Origin: a virus
IMG/VR virus record: IMGVR_UViG_3300020048_000062
Span: 1-64,000 of that record
DNA length: 64,000 nt
Reading direction: 5' to 3' (one strand)
In this document: positions 7,371-17,024 of the stretch, piece by piece
Layout of the letters: every line of letters begins with the position of its first letter
Position numbering within the stretch: position 1 is the stretch's first letter
The notes under the pieces: generated by a model
The model's database searches: none
What the model saw: the letters and a program-made list of their open reading frames with translations, nothing else
What the model was told of the DNA's origin: nothing
Made by a program: the position numbers and the translations under genes

Positions 7371-9641
7371 ATGAAAAACAACACCAATAAAGACGCTTAT
7401 TTAAAAAGACTTAGGGACTTAGCCGATGTCAATAAGACCTCAATTAAAGAATCACAAAACCGTACATTAGGTACACTTATTGATTTCGTAAGAGCAGCCG
7501 ATGGTGTTGCCTATGGTATCGTTCAAGAAAATCACAACTACTTTCTAAAAAGGGGTGGAACAAAGGAAAACCCCAATGTATCTGATTTTGCTTATATTGG
7601 CGGTTTAGCTAATATTACTAATTACCAATACAAATCATTGGGTGATGCAGATAAAAATAGAAATATGATTTTGCATACCATAAATGAAGCTAATACCACT
7701 AAGGTTAATCCTAATGGTAGTACAAAAAAAATACTTAATGAAGACCGTGCAGGTCAAGCAATTGATAACGCACAAAATATGTTGGGTGATTTAGATGCTG
7801 CAAGTGCTGCTAATCAAGGTGGTGGAGAAGGCGAAGCTGAAATGGCTGCTGGACTAACTGCTGAACCACAAGGTGGTGAAAATGCAACACCACCAGCACC
7901 AGAAGCTGCACCAACAGATGCTCCAGCACCTGATATGGGCGGTGGAGCACCAACAGATGAACCAGCACCAGATATGGGTGGTGAACCAGACTTAGGTGGT
8001 GGAGAACCAGATATGGGTGGAGAACCAGACTTAGCAGATGCTGGTCTTGATGGTGACTCTACTGGTGATGACGCTGGTATGGCTGGTATGGCTGGTGATG
8101 CTGATGCATTAGCAGTTGACGAACCACTAAAAGAACTTGAAAAAGGAATTGGTAAGATTACTAATACTATAAGAAAAACCGATTTAGAACCAGAAATGTC
8201 AAAATCGTTCTTAAAATCATTTATTCAAGCATTCAGAGATAAACTTCCTGAACTTGAAATCGAAGAAAGAAAAGAAATTGCAAACATGTTACTTAAAATA
8301 GTTCCACCAGAAGATGTTGAGAATTTAAGTGATACTATGCCACCAGAAGAAACAGGTGATGAAGGTATTAAAGAAGAAGAGGGTTGTTCAGAATGTGGTA
8401 CATTTGCACAATATGCTGAATCAATGGGTTACGATACTGCTGAATCACTTATGGAGTGCGGTGAAGAAGGTGTAGCCAACTTAGTTAGTAATTATGCTAA
8501 TCACGCTGCTGATGGTCAGAATGACGGTGATGCAGAAAGCGTAGCATTAGTAATTAAGGTTATCAATCCAGAAATGTTGAATACTTTGAAAAACGATTAT
8601 GGTCACGAAGATTATGCAAATAAACTTGAACCAATGGTTAATTCAATGTCAGAAAGTACTGATGAAGATAATATGACCAAACTTAATGAATTATTCGGTG
8701 GCTTGCGTGGAGCAATGGGAAGCATAGGTAAAGGAATTTCAGGTGCAGCACAAGGTGTTGGTAAAGCAATTAGTGGTGCAGCAACACAAGCAGGACAGGC
8801 AATTGATAAAGGTGTAACTAACGTTAAACAAGGATACCATAGTGGTGAAGTTGCTGGCGAAGTTAAAAAACTTGAGGGACTTGCAAACAATTTAGGAGCA
8901 CAAGTTGCTGCTTTAAACGCAAGATTGGTAAAAGCTGGTCAAGCACCAGTTGATGCAAATAAGATAATTGCAGCAATATCTAACCAAATTAGAGCAGGTA
9001 AAGGCGCAAGTCTTGCTGGAACAACTGCTGGTGCAGGTGTGGGTCAAAGACCAGTTGCAGAAGCATCAGCATCAGACCCTGCATATACTGAAACTCAACC
9101 AACAATGAACGAAGATAATGACGAATTGGAAGGAATTGAAGGTTTAGAAACTGGTAATGACAGTGGCGCAGAAGAAATGGAAGCGGGTATTGAAAACGAG
9201 CCAGAAACAGAAGAAAAACCAGAAGAAATTAAATTCGCTGGCGCACAATCGTTAGGTGGTGGTGTTATGAAACCAGATGGTGCTCCTACTACAATTAGTG
9301 TTACCTCACAAAACGGAACAGCTGTTGAAGTCAGTTTGAATGAAGTTATGAAAAAACTTAAACAAGTTGTAGCCGAATCAAAACCATCCACAGAATTATC
9401 GAAAGATAATAAATCGAAAACTGGTGGAGAGATTACTAAAAAGGGTAATGAAGATGAAATTATGACTGAAAGTGAAAAGAAAATCAGAGCATATGTTCGT
9501 AAACGTCTCGAAGAACAATCAGGTTTGAGAAAACCAAGTTTGAATGAAGACAAAAAATCGACAACACTTAAAAGACTTGATGAAATCATTGACAAGCAAT
9601 TTAGTAACTACAAAACAGTAGTAAATAAAAAAATGAAATAA
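7371..9641 (+). CDS. Large acidic prohead core/internal head protein
   Basis: 756 aa, D/E/G/P-rich with PDMGG repeats and many (L/I/M/V)-x-E sites; late motif at 7320. Confidence 0.65.
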   Translation: MKNNTNKDAYLKRLRDLADVNKTSIKESQNRTLGTLIDFVRAADGVAYGIVQENHNYFLKRGGTKENPNVSDFAYIGGLANITNYQYKSLGDADKNRNMILHTINEANTTKVNPNGSTKKILNEDRAGQAIDNAQNMLGDLDAASAANQGGGEGEAEMAAGLTAEPQGGENATPPAPEAAPTDAPAPDMGGGAPTDEPAPDMGGEPDLGGGEPDMGGEPDLADAGLDGDSTGDDAGMAGMAGDADALAVDEPLKELEKGIGKITNTIRKTDLEPEMSKSFLKSFIQAFRDKLPELEIEERKEIANMLLKIVPPEDVENLSDTMPPEETGDEGIKEEEGCSECGTFAQYAESMGYDTAESLMECGEEGVANLVSNYANHAADGQNDGDAESVALVIKVINPEMLNTLKNDYGHEDYANKLEPMVNSMSESTDEDNMTKLNELFGGLRGAMGSIGKGISGAAQGVGKAISGAATQAGQAIDKGVTNVKQGYHSGEVAGEVKKLEGLANNLGAQVAALNARLVKAGQAPVDANKIIAAISNQIRAGKGASLAGTTAGAGVGQRPVAEASASDPAYTETQPTMNEDNDELEGIEGLETGNDSGAEEMEAGIENEPETEEKPEEIKFAGAQSLGGGVMKPDGAPTTISVTSQNGTAVEVSLNEVMKKLKQVVAESKPSTELSKDNKSKTGGEITKKGNEDEIMTESEKKIRAYVRKRLEEQSGLRKPSLNEDKKSTTLKRLDEIIDKQFSNYKTVVNKKMK

Positions 9642-9645
9642 ATGA

Positions 9646-9672
9646 AAAAGCTACAGCGATGTAGCTTTTTTC
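9646..9672 (+). terminator. Intrinsic terminator
   Basis: aaaagctaca-gcga-tgtagctttttt. Confidence 0.85.
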
Positions 9673-9702
9673 AATTTACTGTATTTATAACTAAATTAAG
9701 AT

Positions 9703-10191
9703 ATGGACTACGATGATAAATTACTCAAATTAATTTTCATATTGAAAATTGGATACAACTCGAAAGACGAAGGACTTTATGAATTTATTTTTTCTCTCGA
9801 TGATCAAAATTTAGACATTGATGGGTGGTGTTGGGATATTTCACCAGCTTGTGATAATGCAATGCCACCAGACGGAGATTACGTTAATGGAATCTATAAT
9901 CTAAAGACTAAATCATTTGACTTGTTTTGTTTACATGAAGCCGTTGACAGGGAATATATGCATGGATATCACACAATACATGCTCTTGCATATGAGATTG
10001 AGAAACAAGATGAAAATGGAAATTCGGGGTTTAGTGATTATGAAAAAATGTTTGAGGGTAATCAAGACGATGTTCCACTACTAGTATTTCATTATGGCAT
10101 GACATTGGCTAAAATTAAGGACATGTTAGCAGCAAGGAAAATTATATTGAAAAACAATGAGTTTATTGAGACTTCTCAGATAAAACTTTAG
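9703..10191 (+). CDS. Hypothetical late protein upstream of terL
   Basis: 162-aa ORF; late motif at 9681. Confidence 0.7.
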   Translation: MDYDDKLLKLIFILKIGYNSKDEGLYEFIFSLDDQNLDIDGWCWDISPACDNAMPPDGDYVNGIYNLKTKSFDLFCLHEAVDREYMHGYHTIHALAYEIEKQDENGNSGFSDYEKMFEGNQDDVPLLVFHYGMTLAKIKDMLAARKIILKNNEFIETSQIKL

Positions 10192-10202
10192 TATTTAGTA
10201 TT

Positions 10203-10342
10203 AGCTGATTACCCATGTGGTAAAACAGTAGAGATTACGTATTATTAATGCGTTTTCTGCATTATTAAGTTCATCTTACCAGTTGGAAGAAGGAAATTCG
10301 AAGAACGTTATGCCAAGAAGTGTAGCGTTCTTTGCGGTTTTA
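10203..10342 (+). ncRNA. Candidate four-hairpin structured RNA upstream of terL
   Basis: Hairpins: CUG-UUACC/GGUAA-CAG; GUAGAGA-ACGUAUU/AAUGCGU-UUUCUGC; UCUU-CC/GG-AAGA; CGAAGAACGUUAUGC/GUGUAGCGUUCUUUG followed by Us. Many G-U pairs on +; near-consensus GTATTTAG at 10191. Confidence 0.5.
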
Positions 10343-10376
10343 TGTAGTTAGAGTATTTATTTATAAATATTTATAA

Positions 10377-12779
10377 ATGATTGACGATAAAAATAAAGTT
10401 ATTCCCGAACCAGACGAAGACGAGATATTTCCCGACCATGTTCCTTTAGTCCCAATTGATATAAGAAGACTTGAAGAAAAAGAAGCTGTACGTAAGTTGG
10501 CAGAAGAATTGAGAAAGAAATCTGCAAAGATTGAACCAATTATTGTAACAAAAGACGGTATTGCTAAAAGAGCCAGTGATTTAACAATGACCGAAAAAAC
10601 ATTTGAGATATTGCGTTGTGCCATAGACCCAGTATATTTCATTGGAACATACCTAACAATTTTTGACCAGACCCAAGGTACAGCGGGTATGATTGTACCA
10701 TTCAAATTATTTGATTTTCAAATTGAATTAATTAATACTTATAGAGAAAATAGATTTGTTGTTGCTAACAAGTATCGTCAGGCAGGTATTTCCACAACAA
10801 CTTGTGCATATATCGCATGGTATATTATGTTCAACGAAAATAGACAGGTTGCTATCGTAGCAGATAAACTTGAGACTGCCCGTGATGAAATCATGAGTGA
10901 CGTTGTTTTATTTATCGAAGGTTGTCCAGATTGGCTTAGACCTAAAACTGGTAAGGAGTCTAAAGACAAATTTAAAGATACTCAAAAGCTTAAGATTTAC
11001 GATAATAATTCCAAGTTAGGTGCTTTCAGTTCAAAGGGTCTTCGTGGTATGACACCAACATTGATTTTTTGGGATGAAACTGCTTGGACTGAAAAGGGAG
11101 ATAAATTCTGGACTGCTGCAAAGCCAACATTAGGTACTGGTGGTGGAGCTATTATGGTTTCAACTCCTTCTGGTCTTGATGCCGTGTTCTACAAGCATTT
11201 TGAAGGTGCTAGAGCCATTGACCCCGAAACTGGTAAAAGCAAAAACGGTTTTAAAGCTGTTGAACTTTGGTGGTTTAATGACCCACGTTATAATAAAGAT
11301 TTGGCATGGGTGAAGAATAAAGGTAAGGAAACTGAACATAGATTAATTGACGGTAATTGGGATAATAAGACCAGAATCAATATGATGTATGATGGGTGGG
11401 AAGCCACATCACCTTGGTTTGAAGAACAAATTGAGGGTGCTAACGGTGATATGCGTAAGATTGCACAGGAGCTATTGTGTATTAATTTTGATTCGCTGAT
11501 TACAGTTAGAAATAAAAACACTGGTGTTATTGAAAATATTAAAATATCTGATTTATATGATAGGTTGAACGAACAAAAAAATTCTTGTGAGTATTTATAT
11601 AGAAATACAATTCTAATGGATAAAAATATCTTAATAAAATTACTTAAAACTATTGAGGATGTTAATCAATATTACATTAAAGGTGGAACATCTAAGTTCA
11701 ATAAAGACTATCCAAATATATTAAACCTAATAAATATCTATACTTCTGAGATGCAAATTTATTCGTCAAATAAAATATTAGAGGCTAAAATTAAATATTT
11801 AATAGGCTATGGCGGTGACATTAATAAAATAACAATAAATGACAATGTTTTAATATTTGACAAGTATTTAAAGCAATTTAAAGTCGCAAACATTAATTCA
11901 GCAAAAAAACAATGGGAAAGTTGTAATAATGATTTAAATAATATAAATGAATTGTATGACGAAAACACCACCAGAGAATTATTGAAGGATTCGTATTTAA
12001 ATTATTTTGGAAAGTCAGGAAATAGAAAGCTATTGAGAGACGATAAGAAATTATTTCTAAGTCTATATTCACATACAAAAGAGTTTGATTTATTAGAAAA
12101 AAATCTAAATAAATTTTCATTTAGATTACATTTTTTTGTTAATAAAATTAATACGTATTGTGAAAAACATAATTATCTTAAGCATTGGAAATTAGTTGAT
12201 GGAAATGTGGTTGTTGTGTGTTCTAAATGTAATCCCAAATATCCATCAAAAGAATGGTATATTGAAAAATACTCTAATGATTGGAAAATTTATAGTGATG
12301 AAAGAAAAAAACATTTATCCGAATTAAAAGTAAATGGAAAGGAATGGCATATTGAAAAATATGGAAATATTGTTGGTGCTGAAAAATATTCTGAAAGTGT
12401 TGTGCAAAGAATTAACAACATATCTAAATTAAAAGGAAATAAATTCAGTAAAATATCTCAAGAATTGTTCTGGAAACTACACGAGTCCTTAAACGATAAA
12501 ACAGACACATATTTTCATGACTTGAATAAAGAATATGTGATTAAAATACCTGATAAATATAATCATGAAAATATTGTAATGATGTTGGATTTTAAACATA
12601 AAAATAAAATCATTGAATATAATGGTAATTATTGGCATAATTCCAAAAAAGATGATATTAGATATTCAATATTAAGAGAAATGGGTTATGAAATATTGGT
12701 CGTGACATCAGACGAATTTAATCGAAATAAAAAGCCAAAAGAAATTATCGATAAATGTCATAAATTTTTAACATGTTAA
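10377..12779 (+). CDS. terL: Terminase large subunit N-part (ATPase) + split intein N-fragment + fused endonuclease
   Basis: NKYRQAGIST (Walker A), LIFWDE (Walker B), MVSTP (motif III); then QELL|CINFDSLITVR (intein block A at 11478). Confidence 0.9.
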   Translation: MIDDKNKVIPEPDEDEIFPDHVPLVPIDIRRLEEKEAVRKLAEELRKKSAKIEPIIVTKDGIAKRASDLTMTEKTFEILRCAIDPVYFIGTYLTIFDQTQGTAGMIVPFKLFDFQIELINTYRENRFVVANKYRQAGISTTTCAYIAWYIMFNENRQVAIVADKLETARDEIMSDVVLFIEGCPDWLRPKTGKESKDKFKDTQKLKIYDNNSKLGAFSSKGLRGMTPTLIFWDETAWTEKGDKFWTAAKPTLGTGGGAIMVSTPSGLDAVFYKHFEGARAIDPETGKSKNGFKAVELWWFNDPRYNKDLAWVKNKGKETEHRLIDGNWDNKTRINMMYDGWEATSPWFEEQIEGANGDMRKIAQELLCINFDSLITVRNKNTGVIENIKISDLYDRLNEQKNSCEYLYRNTILMDKNILIKLLKTIEDVNQYYIKGGTSKFNKDYPNILNLINIYTSEMQIYSSNKILEAKIKYLIGYGGDINKITINDNVLIFDKYLKQFKVANINSAKKQWESCNNDLNNINELYDENTTRELLKDSYLNYFGKSGNRKLLRDDKKLFLSLYSHTKEFDLLEKNLNKFSFRLHFFVNKINTYCEKHNYLKHWKLVDGNVVVVCSKCNPKYPSKEWYIEKYSNDWKIYSDERKKHLSELKVNGKEWHIEKYGNIVGAEKYSESVVQRINNISKLKGNKFSKISQELFWKLHESLNDKTDTYFHDLNKEYVIKIPDKYNHENIVMMLDFKHKNKIIEYNGNYWHNSKKDDIRYSILREMGYEILVVTSDEFNRNKKPKEIIDKCHKFLTC

Positions 12780-13096
12780 TAAATATTGAATATGAAATAC
12801 TAAATTCTTCTGGTGACTTTGTTGATTTTTTAGGTGTTGAGAAATCGGATAAGGTAAGTGGACTGAAAATCACATTAGAAAATGACATGTCAATAACTGT
12901 TAGCGAAGACCACATTTTTCTCGCAAACGGAATGGATATGTATGCAAAATCACTAATACCTAACGTTGCATATCTAACAACCATAGATGGGGATTTTTAT
13001 GTGAAGTCAGTTGAGTCTGTGGATAATTGTGAATTTTATGACATAGTAGATTCAGAAAATTGTGAATATAATGCAAATGGGGTTTCAAACCATAAT
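11478..13096 (+). mobile_element. Atypically split intein in terL with intervening endonuclease
   Basis: IntN starts at Cys (11478). IntC is the first 108 aa of ORF 12773, with TVSEDH (block B), FYDI (block F) and NGVSNHN|C (block G). Removal restores KIAQELL-CSFLGSG. Confidence 0.88.
11616..12779 (+). CDS. Vsr/DUF559-like PD-(D/E)xK homing endonuclease (internal start)
   Basis: FSKISQELF...MLDF...IIEYNGNYWH...DDIR...MGYEILVV; EWYIEKYG repeats; own GTATTTAT at 11591 before in-frame ATG at 11616. Confidence 0.7.
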   Translation: MDKNILIKLLKTIEDVNQYYIKGGTSKFNKDYPNILNLINIYTSEMQIYSSNKILEAKIKYLIGYGGDINKITINDNVLIFDKYLKQFKVANINSAKKQWESCNNDLNNINELYDENTTRELLKDSYLNYFGKSGNRKLLRDDKKLFLSLYSHTKEFDLLEKNLNKFSFRLHFFVNKINTYCEKHNYLKHWKLVDGNVVVVCSKCNPKYPSKEWYIEKYSNDWKIYSDERKKHLSELKVNGKEWHIEKYGNIVGAEKYSESVVQRINNISKLKGNKFSKISQELFWKLHESLNDKTDTYFHDLNKEYVIKIPDKYNHENIVMMLDFKHKNKIIEYNGNYWHNSKKDDIRYSILREMGYEILVVTSDEFNRNKKPKEIIDKCHKFLTC

Positions 13097-14059
13097 TGTT
13101 CATTTTTGGGTTCAGGAGATAACTTCATTGCAGAAACATACCTAAAACGTATTCAAGAAGATGAAGTTAAAGTTCCTATTCGTCAAGAATATGTAGACCT
13201 AAATATGTGGATTTGGGAAGACCCAATTGCTGGTGAAGATTATATCATGGCTTGTGACGCATCAGCAGGTCACGGTGAAGATAATTCTACAATCAATATA
13301 TTGAAAACCATTGAGATAATCGAAGAAAAGGTAATAAAAAAAGCAGGTAAAGAACCAAAAAAAGTAAAAATAAAAAGACATAAGGTTGAACAAGTTGCAG
13401 AATACTATGGAAAAGTAACACCACAAACATTGGCAGAGATTGCATATACATACGGTAGATCATATAATAACGCATATTGTGCTATTGACGTTACTGGTGG
13501 TTATGGTATACAAACAGTTGAAAAATTGCTTGAAGCAGGGTATGAAAATGTCCATTATGCCGAAGTAACACACAAGCCAACAAGAGACAGATTATCTGGC
13601 TATATAAAGAAAGGTCAGAAAGTTATGAGTGATGGAGCAGTGATGAATCTTGACTTAATCCCCGGTTTTTTCATTGGAAATAACCGTCCATCAGTCCTAC
13701 TTGAAATGCAAAGAGCTATCCATTTAGAAGATGTAATCATTAGGTCTGTTAGATTATTAAATGAACTCAAGACCTTTGTTACAGTTGCAGGTAATAGAGT
13801 TGCCGACCACAAGCGTAGTTTCCATGATGATTCGATCATGGGATTGGCAATTGGTTTGTATGTTCTTAATTTTGATATGGCAAGATTTAAACAAAGTAAG
13901 GGAATTACTGAAAAGATGATTGCAGCACTTATAACCAATAACGACATTAAAGAAATGGCAAAGGGAAGACCCATGGTATCACCAAACAGTACTTCACCAC
14001 ATAATCCATATCAAGCAAATGCATGGCTATTTAGTGGAATTAAAGATAGAAACCGATAA
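12773..14059 (+). CDS. terL: Split intein C-fragment + terminase large subunit C-part (RNase H-like nuclease)
   Basis: After HN|C: SFLGSGDNFI, YIMACDASAGHGEDNS, FHDDSIM. Confidence 0.9.
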   Translation: MLINIEYEILNSSGDFVDFLGVEKSDKVSGLKITLENDMSITVSEDHIFLANGMDMYAKSLIPNVAYLTTIDGDFYVKSVESVDNCEFYDIVDSENCEYNANGVSNHNCSFLGSGDNFIAETYLKRIQEDEVKVPIRQEYVDLNMWIWEDPIAGEDYIMACDASAGHGEDNSTINILKTIEIIEEKVIKKAGKEPKKVKIKRHKVEQVAEYYGKVTPQTLAEIAYTYGRSYNNAYCAIDVTGGYGIQTVEKLLEAGYENVHYAEVTHKPTRDRLSGYIKKGQKVMSDGAVMNLDLIPGFFIGNNRPSVLLEMQRAIHLEDVIIRSVRLLNELKTFVTVAGNRVADHKRSFHDDSIMGLAIGLYVLNFDMARFKQSKGITEKMIAALITNNDIKEMAKGRPMVSPNSTSPHNPYQANAWLFSGIKDRNR

Positions 14060-14134
14060 TAGAATGTATTTATAGGTAACAAATCTTTTCAAAACTTTAA
14101 CAGTATTTATAAAAAACTATAATAAATTATAAAA

Positions 14135-16141
14135 ATGGCAAACGAAATCAAAAAAGGTACGATATACCAGCAACTTAATGGACTTTTAAATCTTGACGGG
14201 TTTGGTTTTCAAGATACTCAAACATCGATATCACAATCAACACCCGCAAAAGAAACTAAAATAATCATTAAGGGTAATAGTCCAGAAGAAATACATCAGA
14301 AGGGTTTAGAATTAGAACAAAAAAAAGAACTTCAAAACAAATTCTTTAGGACAACCGACAGGGGATTCCAGAAAGCTTTACAATATGAAGCAGCAAGACT
14401 TCCCGCATATATTGATTATGAGGGTATGGAATATTATCCAATCATATCATCGGCATTAGACTTGTTCATGGAAGAAGCTACAACTATTGGTGTTGACGGT
14501 AAGATGTTGAACATCTATTCCAATAAGGAACGTATCAAGACATTACTTGAAGAATTTTTCTATGATATCGTTAATGTAAATGTCAATTTACCATTTTGGG
14601 TTAGGAATACTGTGAAGTATGGTGATAATTTCGTTTTACTATACGGTGAAAGAAAAAAGGGTATTACTCATGTAAAGCAAATGGTTAACTACGAAATTGA
14701 AAGATTCGAAAGAATCCAAAACGGTAAACCACTTGTTAAGTTTAAAGAAAGAATGACTGGTGACGAATTTAATGTATTTGAAATCGCTCACTTTAGATTA
14801 CTTGGTGACGATAAATATTTGCCATATGGTTCATCAATCTTAAATAAGGTTCGTAGAGTATTCCGTCAGTTAGTAATGGCAGAAGATGCCATGCTTACAT
14901 ATCGTATTATACGTGCAGGTGAAAAGAAAGTGTTTAAAATTGACGTAGGTAATATCGATGAAGACGATATTGAAGACTATATCTATAAAGTAGCCACTAA
15001 GTTCAAGAAAGTGGCACAGGTGCAGCCTAATGACGGTCAAATCGACTATAGGTTCAACATATTAGGTAACGATGAAGATTACTTTATTCCTGTGAGAAAT
15101 GCTAACACACAATCAGGTATTGACACGCTCCCCGGTGCTACAAACCTTGATGCCATTCATGATATTGAGTATTTAAGGGATAATTTATTCGTAGGTCTTG
15201 GTGTTCCAAAACCATTCTTAAGTTTCCAAGATGCTGCTGGTGCTGGTAAAAACATGGCACAGTATGATATACGTTTCGCTAAGAAAATTAATCGCATTCA
15301 ACAAGCAATGATTCAGGAGCTAAATAAAATGGCTATGATTCATCTATACTTATTAGGTTATAGTGGTGAAGACTTAAATAGCTTCCAGTTAACACTTACT
15401 AATCCTTCAACACAACAAGAAATACAGAAATCAGAATTATTGCGTGATAAAGCACAAACCTACACCGAATTAACTCGTGGTGAATCGGGTATTGCAGCCA
15501 TGTCACATACCAATGCAAAGAGAATGATATTCAATATGAGTGATAAACAAATTGTTGAAGATTTGAAACAGCAGAAAATGGAAAAGGTTGTTATGCAAGA
15601 ACTTGCTGACGCACCTGTGATGATTAAGAAATCAGGTTTATTCACAGACATAGATAAGAGATTTGGTCAAGCAGAAGGTGGAATGTTACCATCGGGTGGA
15701 ACTGAACAAGGCGGTATGCCACCAGCAGGCGGTGCAGCAGGTGGAATGCCACCAGCAGGCGGTGCACTTCCACCAATGGGCGGTGCAGAAGGCGGTGCAA
15801 TGCCACCAATAGGTGGAGCAGAAGGCGGTGCAATGCCACCAATAGGTGGAGCAGAAGGTGGAATGCCACCTTTAGCAGAAGGTAGAATGACAGAAGATCA
15901 ATTCACTAAACTCGTTGAGAAAATGGTTTTCGGAAACAGCGTTGAACCAGAACATAAAATTGAAGAAAAGAATAGGGCAATCATAAGTGAAAACAATCAG
16001 ACCAACGATAAGTTAAACAGCAGTGCAAATTCAATGATTGCTGAAATCGATGAATTATTGGGAAAAGGTGATAGTCTCAATACGCAACAAACAATTAACG
16101 AAGCCGAAGACATAAATTTTGAAGACCTTGGTGGTATTTAA
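14135..16141 (+). CDS. Portal protein (T4 gp20-like) with long Gly/Pro C-terminal extension
   Basis: LVMAEDAMLTYRIIRAGEKKVFKIDVGN, EDYFIPVR, IDTLPG, DIEYL, DIRFAK motifs. Confidence 0.93.
   Translation: MANEIKKGTIYQQLNGLLNLDGFGFQDTQTSISQSTPAKETKIIIKGNSPEEIHQKGLELEQKKELQNKFFRTTDRGFQKALQYEAARLPAYIDYEGMEYYPIISSALDLFMEEATTIGVDGKMLNIYSNKERIKTLLEEFFYDIVNVNVNLPFWVRNTVKYGDNFVLLYGERKKGITHVKQMVNYEIERFERIQNGKPLVKFKERMTGDEFNVFEIAHFRLLGDDKYLPYGSSILNKVRRVFRQLVMAEDAMLTYRIIRAGEKKVFKIDVGNIDEDDIEDYIYKVATKFKKVAQVQPNDGQIDYRFNILGNDEDYFIPVRNANTQSGIDTLPGATNLDAIHDIEYLRDNLFVGLGVPKPFLSFQDAAGAGKNMAQYDIRFAKKINRIQQAMIQELNKMAMIHLYLLGYSGEDLNSFQLTLTNPSTQQEIQKSELLRDKAQTYTELTRGESGIAAMSHTNAKRMIFNMSDKQIVEDLKQQKMEKVVMQELADAPVMIKKSGLFTDIDKRFGQAEGGMLPSGGTEQGGMPPAGGAAGGMPPAGGALPPMGGAEGGAMPPIGGAEGGAMPPIGGAEGGMPPLAEGRMTEDQFTKLVEKMVFGNSVEPEHKIEEKNRAIISENNQTNDKLNSSANSMIAEIDELLGKGDSLNTQQTINEAEDINFEDLGGI
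15711..15872 (+). repeat. GGMPP / AEGGAMPPIGG coding repeats in the portal C-tail
   Basis: 33-bp unit gcagaaggcggtgcaatgccaccaataggtgga at 15785 and 15818, plus degenerate copies. Confidence 0.9.
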
Positions 16142-16207
16142 ATAACCTAAAAAACTTAATCGTTTACAATTAATTATAGTATTTATATTAAAATCGGAGT
16201 AACTCAT

Positions 16208-16990
16208 ATGAAAAACGTCAACATAGGAACGGCTAATTTAATCATTTCCAATAAATTGAAGGATTCGTACTTCAATAACAATTTGATTGAAGAATCAAAG
16301 GCATTTACATCTGACTTTTTTTCAGTGGTAAAAAATTCACCTGTGCTACAACTCGAATTTAAAGTTTTTGATAATATTGAAAACAAACACATTGAAAATG
16401 AGGTTGCAGCAACACGTTATATTGACAACAATATTAAGTTGTTTGAAACATATACGATTCAAGAGATAGATGCTGAACGTAAAAAGTTAAATAGTTTTAT
16501 TGGTGAAGAATTTGTACCAATAGATAACGATAAAATAAAATTATATGAAGCAATTGATGAATTAATTACCGAATCGTTGAGTCTTCCAGAAGATATCGAT
16601 GTGGATAAAATTCATGAATCATTTGCAATTGTATTAAATCATTTGAGAGAGCCAAAGAATAAATTAGTTGAGAATGTTGAGGTGGAAGTAATTAATGAAG
16701 ACATTATCGAAATTGCGGTTAATAACTACAATAAAAAGTATGACTCTTTAGATGAAAGTGATAGAGATTTATTACAACAATTGATTGAAACAAATGATAA
16801 TCAAAAGAAAGAACTTCTTGAAACATATAAATCAGAAAGTCTCGCACTGTTAGAACAGGTTAATAGCGACAACGTTAAAGAGAACATCACCAAAGCTATT
16901 GCGAAGATAAACGAAATGAAATACGACAAGGAAAAGGTAGTTGATGATATTATTGCATTACACGAATTGAAAATAGACTTACACAAATAA
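16208..16990 (+). CDS. Putative prohead core protein
   Basis: 260 aa, helical and acidic, directly after portal; late motif at 16179. Confidence 0.55.
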   Translation: MKNVNIGTANLIISNKLKDSYFNNNLIEESKAFTSDFFSVVKNSPVLQLEFKVFDNIENKHIENEVAATRYIDNNIKLFETYTIQEIDAERKKLNSFIGEEFVPIDNDKIKLYEAIDELITESLSLPEDIDVDKIHESFAIVLNHLREPKNKLVENVEVEVINEDIIEIAVNNYNKKYDSLDESDRDLLQQLIETNDNQKKELLETYKSESLALLEQVNSDNVKENITKAIAKINEMKYDKEKVVDDIIALHELKIDLHK

Positions 16991-16991
16991 C

Positions 16992-17019
16992 AAAAACCCT
17001 CGAAATTCGAGGGTTTTTT
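16992..17019. terminator. Bidirectional intrinsic terminator
   Basis: aaaaaccctcgaaattcgagggtttttt between convergent genes. Confidence 0.9.
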
Positions 17020-17024
17020 GTTTA

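Noticed and set aside
10203-10230. Hammerhead ribozyme (CUGAUUA...AAAAC)
   Set aside because: Lacks the CUGANGA and GAAA core; it folds as a simple hairpin.
11478-13096. Group I intron interrupting terL
   Set aside because: The boundaries are protein-splicing motifs (C...HN|C), and the insert is fully coding with no room for a ribozyme core.
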